This document shows, piece by piece, positions 25,721 through 64,000 of a DNA stretch of 64,000 bases; position 1 is the first letter of the stretch; each line of letters begins with the position of its first letter. The DNA comes from Dendrobates tinctorius. Taxonomy: Eukaryota. Under the pieces are notes generated by a model. It did no database searches. It had not been told where the DNA came from and saw only the letters and a list, made by a program, of their open reading frames with translations. The position numbers and the translations under genes are program-made. The stretch lies in contig NW_027361767.1 of assembly GCF_039654945.1 (NCBI RefSeq), positions 2,976,001 through 3,040,000 on the forward strand, in the 5' to 3' direction.

Positions 25721-25808
25721 TTGCTGTACAAAGTGGATCAGATTATTGAGTGTAGACCTAGCTATGTCAGGTGTAACTCTAGCAGGACTAGGGTGCCACC
25801 GCTATCCC

Positions 25809-57768
<31,960 letters not shown>

Positions 57769-57929
57769 GGCTACCTGTCAGAGGGGAGAAGATGAGGGAC
57801 AAGATCACACAGGCATCACACACGTGTGTAGGGGCAGCCATCGGTGAGGGAGCACAGTCAGCAGGAAAGAAAAACCTGTACTGACCTCCCACAGCTCAGT
57901 CTTTATGTAGGAGTAGTCCAGAGAGGGGT

Positions 57930-58780
57930 CTGCATAAAGGGGTAGTCCGGTGTGGGGGTCTGTATTTATGAGTAGTTCAGTCTGGGGTCTGTATTTAGGG
58001 GTAGTCCGGTCTGGGGGTCTGTATTTAGGGGTAGTCCAGTCTGGGGGTCTGTATTTAGGGGGTAGTCCGGTCTGTGGTCTTTATTTAGGGGTAGTCCGGT
58101 CTGGGGTCTTTATTTAGGGGTAGTCAGGTCTGGGGTCTGTATCTAGGGGTAGTCCGGTTTGAGGTCTTTATTAAGGGATAGTCCGGTCTGGGGTCTGTAT
58201 TTAGGGGAAGTCCGGTCTGGGGTCTTTATTAAGGGGTAGTCCGATCTGGGGTCTGTATTTAGGGGAAGTCCGGTCTGGGGTCTGTATTTAGAGTGATCTG
58301 GTTGAGGGTCTGTATTTAGGGTTGTCTGGTTGAGGGTCTGTATTTAGGGTGGTCTGGTTGAGGGTCTGTATTTAGAGTGATTTGGTTGAGGGTCTGTATT
58401 TAGGGTGGTCTGGTTGAGGGTCTGTATTTAGGGTGGTCTGGTTGAGGGTCTGTATTTAGAGTGATTTGGTTGAGGGTCTGTATTTAGGGTGGTCTAGATG
58501 AGGGTCTGTATTTAGAGTGGTCCGGTTGAGGGTCTGTATCTAGAGTTTTTTGGTTGAGGGTCTGTATTTAGAGTGCTCTGGTTGAGGGTCTCATTCTAGG
58601 ATGGTCTGGATGAGGGTCTGTATTTAGAGTGGTCTGGTTGAGGGTCTGTATTTAGGGTGGTCTGGTTGAGGGTCTGTATTTAGGGTGGTCTGGTTGAGGG
58701 TCTGTATTTAGGGTGGTCTGGTTGAGGGTCTGTATTTAGGGTGGTCTGGTTGAGGGTCTGTATTTAGGGTGGTTTGGCTG
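57930..58780. repeat. 28/29 bp minisatellite in the ODAD3 5'UTR intron
   Basis: ggggtctgtatttaggggtagtccggtct grading into gagggtctgtatttagggtggtctggtt. Confidence 0.95.
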
Positions 58781-59096
58781 AGCGTCCCTCTTACCAGGGG
58801 CCTCTGCGGGTTCTGTATAGGTAATGTCGCCCCCTGTAGGCGTCTCTGGTATATTTGCCTATGCACGCTCATTTATATGGCACGTACTGCCACTGCCGCC
58901 ATTTTATTAACCCCTCTACAGGCAATAAGTAGTTGCGGCACTAATAAAACACGCAGGACCATGGAGGAGATCTCCGGAGCATTATTCCTCCTCCTTGGAG
59001 ACACGGCTGCTCCCCCATATTTTGCTCGTGGCGCTGTCTCCCCGTCCCTGCACCATTACTGTATATATCACCCAATGCACAGGACTCGGTGCTCAC

Positions 59097-59170
59097 CTTC
59101 TGATGTGTCTCCAGCAGCAGCTCCTCTGTCTCCAACAACTGCTGCTTAGCAACTGTTTCCCTAACAACGA
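59097..59170 (-). other. ODAD3: Candidate non-coding first exon of ODAD3
   Basis: Donor AAG/GTGAGC at 59097. The 5' end is a guess. Confidence 0.55.
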
Positions 59171-59492
59171 CTGACACTTTTCTATTGGTTGAGCCCTATC
59201 CGCCATCTTGGTACTCTCACACCATTTCCGGCTATAGGGACATATCGACCTTATTGAGGCACCTATCTCCTAAATGACTAATATAACCAATCATTATACC
59301 ACAGTCATTGATTAAATAATGTCTATACTTCGAAATCGGGTAAAAAAAAAAAAGCATTAAATCAACTGCCTCAACCAAGATGGCCACTCGTGTAGTCCGG
59401 AAGTGACGTTGACGGAAGTGTCGCTTCCCGGAGACTTTGCTCTCGACTAAAGAGGCTTCCGAAGGCGGATATTGAGTTCCTGGTGTGCGGAG
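59125..59492. promoter_or_regulatory. Bidirectional ODAD3/PRKCSH promoter
   Basis: X-box-like motifs at 59141-59153 and 59155-59168, CCAAT at 59184 and 59287, YY1-like at 59200-59209 and 59377-59385, ETS at 59397-59404 and 59413-59419. Confidence 0.75.
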
Positions 59493-59583
59493 ATGCAGAC
59501 CGTGGTTGTTTTCCTGGTGCTCCTGGCGGGGCTCGGTTGCCGGGCGGTGGAGGTGAAGAGACCCCGCGGGGTCTCCCTGTCCA
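59493..59583 (+). CDS. PRKCSH: PRKCSH coding exon 1
   Basis: [30 protein letters not shown], donor GTGAGT. Confidence 0.92.
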
Positions 59584-62500
59584 GTGAGTGCTGACTTCAT
59601 TCATTATCGCTGCTATGCGATGCACTAATATGCAATACCTCCTCCGGGGCTCCGGGTGGCGCTGTGACACTGGCTCGTTTCCTACTGTTGTTGGTTATAA
59701 GCTTCATTCAATAGTCTGTACCTTATTCCAGTCACTTGTCTGTAGGGTGCAGCGCTCTCTGCTGGCTGTCCTGTGAACTGCACCAGGAAATCTAAGGCGC
59801 TGCTCATATTCTAGACTTTTCTGTATGGGCCACGTAATATGTCAGTAAGGTGTCACCCAGCTTTCCCGGACGCCTGAATGGCAAATCAGCTTATTTACGT
59901 CTTTCTACATCCCACACACCCTTAAAGGGGTTGTCCAGGCTCATACTGTTCTTTATGCCATAAATGTCTGTGAGACACTGGGAAAGCTGGGTGATCGGAG
60001 CCGTAGCCATGTCCATAATGACCACAGCTCACATCGCTCGTCACTTAGCTTTCCCAGAAGTGTGTTTCTGGGGGTATTTATAATAAGAAAACTAAGCAGA
60101 TTTGCCTGTCAGGACACTGGGAAAGCTGGGTGGCAATATGACTTCTAAATGCAGTTGCATGGATGCAGAAATGGGACACATGAGTACGTCTGCAGGAAAA
60201 ACATCCAACATCTTTTATTTTGCAGACTTGCCGTTATGTATTCTCAAAAATCCGGGTGACGACTCCTGCACTGGCCGTTGCTGCGACTACATTGTGTCAC
60301 CCAGCTTTCCGAGCCGATCAAATCAGTGTAATTCAACTGTAAAATGTCTGTTGCATCCATAGCCGGGCAGTCTTGTTGCTCAGGGGTCTGGGAAAGCTGG
60401 GTGACATTATATTATGTTAGTTGTAGTGGCGGCCATGTATTGGTTATCCATGTTTCTTAACTTCAGAATATCACCCAGCTTTCCCAGACAGCTGCGTGGG
60501 AAATCTGCTCAGCTATGGATGCAGCACATGAATTGCAATTGGATTTCCTCAGACGTGCCATTCGGGAGTCTGGGAAAGCTGGGTGGCGTTCAGTAGTTGT
60601 TGCCAGTCTTTGGCCACTACTACGACTCTCGCATACAATGCCACTCAGCTTTCCCAGATTCCTGAATGGCAAGTCTGCTCAGCTACGGGTGCAGCAGATG
60701 AAGTGATCTGATTTGCGCAGTCTGGGATGGCAGATGAACGACCACCACTACATCTCTCCCATGCGCTGTCACCCAGCTTTCCCAGACTCCTGAGTGGCAA
60801 AACCACTTTGTATTCTCCCCCACCCGACCGTAGCGCTGTGAATATGCCGAACAGCGACCACGTCAGGGCTGGCTGTAGTGATAGCAGATGACGCTGTGCC
60901 TTAAAGGGACGTGCCGTTACGCATCCGCCATGTTCTCAGTGTCGCCTTCTTTCCCAGATCGCAGCTTCTACGATGAGACCAAACCCTTCACCTGCCTGGA
61001 CGGATCCAAGACCATCCCCTTCGACCGCGTGAACGACGACTACTGCGACTGCGCGGACGGAACCGACGAGCCCGGTAAGGAGTCAACCAGGAGAGCGCCA
61101 TCTGCTGGAGAAATGTGGTATTACACGGCGCCCAATCATGTGCTACAACGGTCTGTCGGCCATGGAGAGCATTTTGCAATAAATCTATTTAACCCCTTAA
61201 TGACCAGGACTTCCTCCCATCAGGCACCGCCGCGTGCTCCAATGGAAAATTCCACTGTACCAACGCTGGGTTCAAGCCTCAGTACATCCCAGCATCGCGG
61301 GTCAACGACGGCATCTGCGGTAAGGAATCATGTCGTCAGGACGGGGCCCCTCGTGTCCTTGACCCTGTGGGACTACAACTCCCAGCACATTGGAAGTCGT
61401 ATTTTCCTATGCACTACATGGGGGGGGGGGGGGGGACTGTAAAGAGGTCACTGCGCTGCGTCCCCGTCATTCGTGTGATGAGTGAGGGTCCCAGTGGTCA
61501 GACCGGACCCCCGCAGGCCCTGAGATGGGCATATCCCTTTAATTGAGGAGCCGCAGAGCTGACAATCGTTTCCTCTCCCCGCAGATTGCTGCGACACCAC
61601 GGATGAGTATAACAGCGGAGCACGCTGCCAGAACACGTGCCGGTGAGCAGCGCCCCCCTGTGGAGAGGATGGTGTATTGCTAGCACTTTTGGGGGGGATT
61701 TTTCACTTCTCTCTCTCTCTGGCCTTTCTCAGAGAGATGGGAAAACAAGAGCGAGAGGAGCTGGAGAAGAAGGCCGAGATGGCCCGCGAGGGCATGCTGC
61801 TGAAGCAAAGGTTTATCGAGGAAGCCCGAAAAGGCCGAGAAGAGAAGCAGGTGATTGGGGTCGTGGATGACCCTTGGCGGGACGGGCTGACCATCCAATG
61901 TGACTGAGGGGATTGGGCATATGGATTTAGATCTGCCTGATCTGTTATCAGACGAGATCAGCCGCTGCTGGGGTGAAGAGGGGAGGTGTCAGGCGGGATC
62001 ACTTACGGCGTCTTGTAGGGGCCTCACACTTGCAGCATAGTTAATCCCGAGTTGTAATCGCCATACTGACTGTTTCCCACGCAGGTGCAGCTGCAGGAGC
62101 TGGTGGAGAAGCGGCAGAGCGTGCAGGCGCAGGTGGACGCCCTGCGCACCGAGAAGGAGGCGGCTGAGAAACCGGAGAAGGAAGCAACAGATGCTCACAA
62201 GAAGGAGTGGGAAGGTGCTGCCCATCGCCCGCCCGTCACCCACGGCCATATTGCCCTGGATTTCGGGCATTTACACATGCTTGCCTCTTGCAGAGTGGAG
62301 GGATGCTGAGAAGGCCGCGAAGGAGAAGAAACGCGCCCTGGAAGTGTTCACCGAGCTGGACCAGGACTCAGACGGCATGTGAGTAGCGCAGATCAGAGGG
62401 CCACGCTGCTGCCATTTTGTGTATACAGCTCCTATGCAGAGCTATGCCTTCATCAGGTCTGTTTTTCTATAGGGTTTCCACAGCGGAGCTGCTCTCTCAC

Positions 62501-63961
62501 ATGGAGCTGGATTCAGACGGGGACGGATCATTGTCCGATAAAGAAGCCCTGGTGAGGCCCGTGGTTGGAGGGGCACGTGTAAAAGGGGTGTTGCAGGATC
62601 TAAACCCCCATAAGTTGGGGCAGTGGTGAAAGCTGTAGTCTGCAATCATCCCCTTTATCACGGCCACTTGGGATCTTATTTCTTGAACCCCCTTCTGATC
62701 TCATTTATCCAGTCAGGTGAGATCCAGCAGCCCCCGGAGGTACAGCATGGCGCCGTACACAGCGTAGTGGCTGTGATTGGGTACTGCAGCTCCTATAGAA
62801 GTGAATGTGACCCGAGCCGCAGTACTGTAACGGCGTGGATTTTGGAGCTACAAACATCCGATCCGTTGGGTTTCCTGATGTCTGACCGCTACCTACCATC
62901 AATTGGACAACCCCTTTAAAAATTTGTGACTTGCGTGATATCCAGGGGTAGGAAGACGTCTGTCATAGGAACTTTTTGGACTCATGCGCTAGCTGTAGTA
63001 TAAATCGGGCACCAAGGGGGGAGACATCTTCCCCGTTATCAGTGTCAACTCAGTGAGGTTCCGAGTGTTGGCAGCCCCACCAGTCACCCGAGTGTCTGTG
63101 ACCGGCACAACGCCATGCATCTTGTAGAGGCCATGTCTAGTATTGCAGCACAATCCCATTCTGACCAGGGCCAGTCGGTACAGGGAGGGAATGATAAAGG
63201 GGCTGTGCTGCTGAGCGGACCACCTCGGGACCCTAATCGGGTGTGGTATCTTCTTGCTGCAGGATCTCCTCGGAGGGTCGTACTCGGTGGATGCCGCCAC
63301 GTTCCTGGACTCTGTGTGGGCACAGATTAAAGAGAAGTTCAAGTCAGAGGTTGGTGCCGATAGAAGGCTTTCTGGGCGCCACGTGTGGCCGATATTCATG
63401 TGGGGTTAATGTCCGCCAGAGCGATGCCCCACCATTGCCCCCAATGGAAGAAGGGACAGAAAGCCACCCGGAAATCCCCGCTGAGGAAGATGAGGATGAT
63501 GATGACGTAGTTGAGGGTGATGAGGAGGATGATGATGACGACTCGGATGAAGATCACAGGGTGAGTCCATAAGAAAACCTTCCCAGAGCCACCACTAGAG
63601 GGAGCTAATGAGTGTGAGGGATTTATTATAACCTTCATTATAGTATAGCGCTGTACAGCGCGGCATGTGGGGGAGGGGAAAGGTGTAACGTAAGGTTTCA
63701 TGTGTCTGATCCATTCCTTGTGTTCATCACAGGCTTCACCAAGCAAGTCACCCACCGAGGAGGTGGAGATGCCCCCATACGACGAGGCCACCCAGGCTCT
63801 GATAGACAGTGAGTGATGTAATCTATCCTCTAAGTAATGACTACCACCCCTATCATCCTTCAAAAACCTCTCAATATTGTCTTCATTGCAGCTGCTCAAG
63901 TGGCTCGTAATCAGTATGATGAAGCGGAGAAGTCGCTGCGAGAAATCGAGGATACAATTAG
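59493..63961 (+). CDS. PRKCSH: PRKCSH glucosidase II beta subunit, coding exons 1-12 (3' incomplete)
   Basis: Signal peptide followed by [11 protein letters not shown], LDLa-like [20 protein letters not shown]-hands, acidic tract and MPPYDE. All junctions are GT-AG and in phase. Confidence 0.96.
59852..60790. repeat. Array of alternating inverted 18 bp motifs (small hairpin MITE-like units)
   Basis: gtcacccagctttcccag and its reverse complement alternate about 11 times. Confidence 0.85.
60958..61074 (+). CDS. PRKCSH: PRKCSH coding exon 2
   Basis: [38 protein letters not shown]. Confidence 0.95.
61224..61319 (+). CDS. PRKCSH: PRKCSH coding exon 3
   Basis: [31 protein letters not shown]. Confidence 0.95.
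61585..61642 (+). CDS. PRKCSH: PRKCSH coding exon 4
   Basis: [18 protein letters not shown]. Confidence 0.95.
61733..61850 (+). CDS. PRKCSH: PRKCSH coding exon 5
   Basis: [39 protein letters not shown]. Confidence 0.93.
62085..62214 (+). CDS. PRKCSH: PRKCSH coding exon 6
   Basis: [31 protein letters not shown]. Confidence 0.92.
62294..62378 (+). CDS. PRKCSH: PRKCSH coding exon 7
   Basis: [27 protein letters not shown] (EF-hand). Confidence 0.92.
62473..62551 (+). CDS. PRKCSH: PRKCSH coding exon 8
   Basis: [26 protein letters not shown] (EF-hand). Confidence 0.92.
63263..63349 (+). CDS. PRKCSH: PRKCSH coding exon 9
   Basis: [29 protein letters not shown]. Confidence 0.9.
63420..63560 (+). 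CDS. PRKCSH: PRKCSH coding exon 10 (acidic region)
   Basis: [25 protein letters not shown], donor GTGAGT. Confidence 0.85.
63733..63808 (+). CDS. PRKCSH: PRKCSH coding exon 11
   Basis: [25 protein letters not shown]. Confidence 0.9.
63892..63961 (+). CDS. PRKCSH: PRKCSH coding exon 12
   Basis: [22 protein letters not shown]. Confidence 0.9.
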
Positions 63962-64000
63962 GTTTGTAGTAACCCGGCTCCTGATCCTCTTATTACTCCT

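Noticed and set aside
59287-59304. ER stress element for PRKCSH
   Set aside because: CCAAT-N7-CCACA does not fit the CCAAT-N9-CCACG consensus.

Overview
Vertebrate genomic DNA, very probably an anuran (inferred from Tc1, T2/Kolobok-type MITE, Gmr1 and sushi-like repeat content). It holds three host genes in the same order and orientation as human 19p13.2. These are the 5' part of RGL3 (minus), the complete ODAD3/CCDC151 (minus, 13 coding exons, 549 aa as assembled by hand) and the first 12 coding exons of PRKCSH (plus), head-to-head with ODAD3 across a ~400 bp bidirectional promoter. Introns and intergenic DNA are packed with repeats. There is a young full-length Gmr1-type Gypsy element (integrase before RT) and a young Tf1/sushi-type chromovirus with a visible self-priming signature, split by a 5'-truncated L1. 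The rest are several dead Tc1 elements, an L2 tail, MITEs, a solo LTR with an internal minisatellite and about a dozen unrelated tandem arrays. I found no clearly new multi-gene system. The best leads are the self-priming LTR element, a minisatellite built from a splice donor, an alternating inverted-motif array in PRKCSH intron 1, two fold-back insertions with long TSDs, and candidate extra exons in RGL3 and ODAD3. All coordinates were read by eye; repeat boundaries are approximate.
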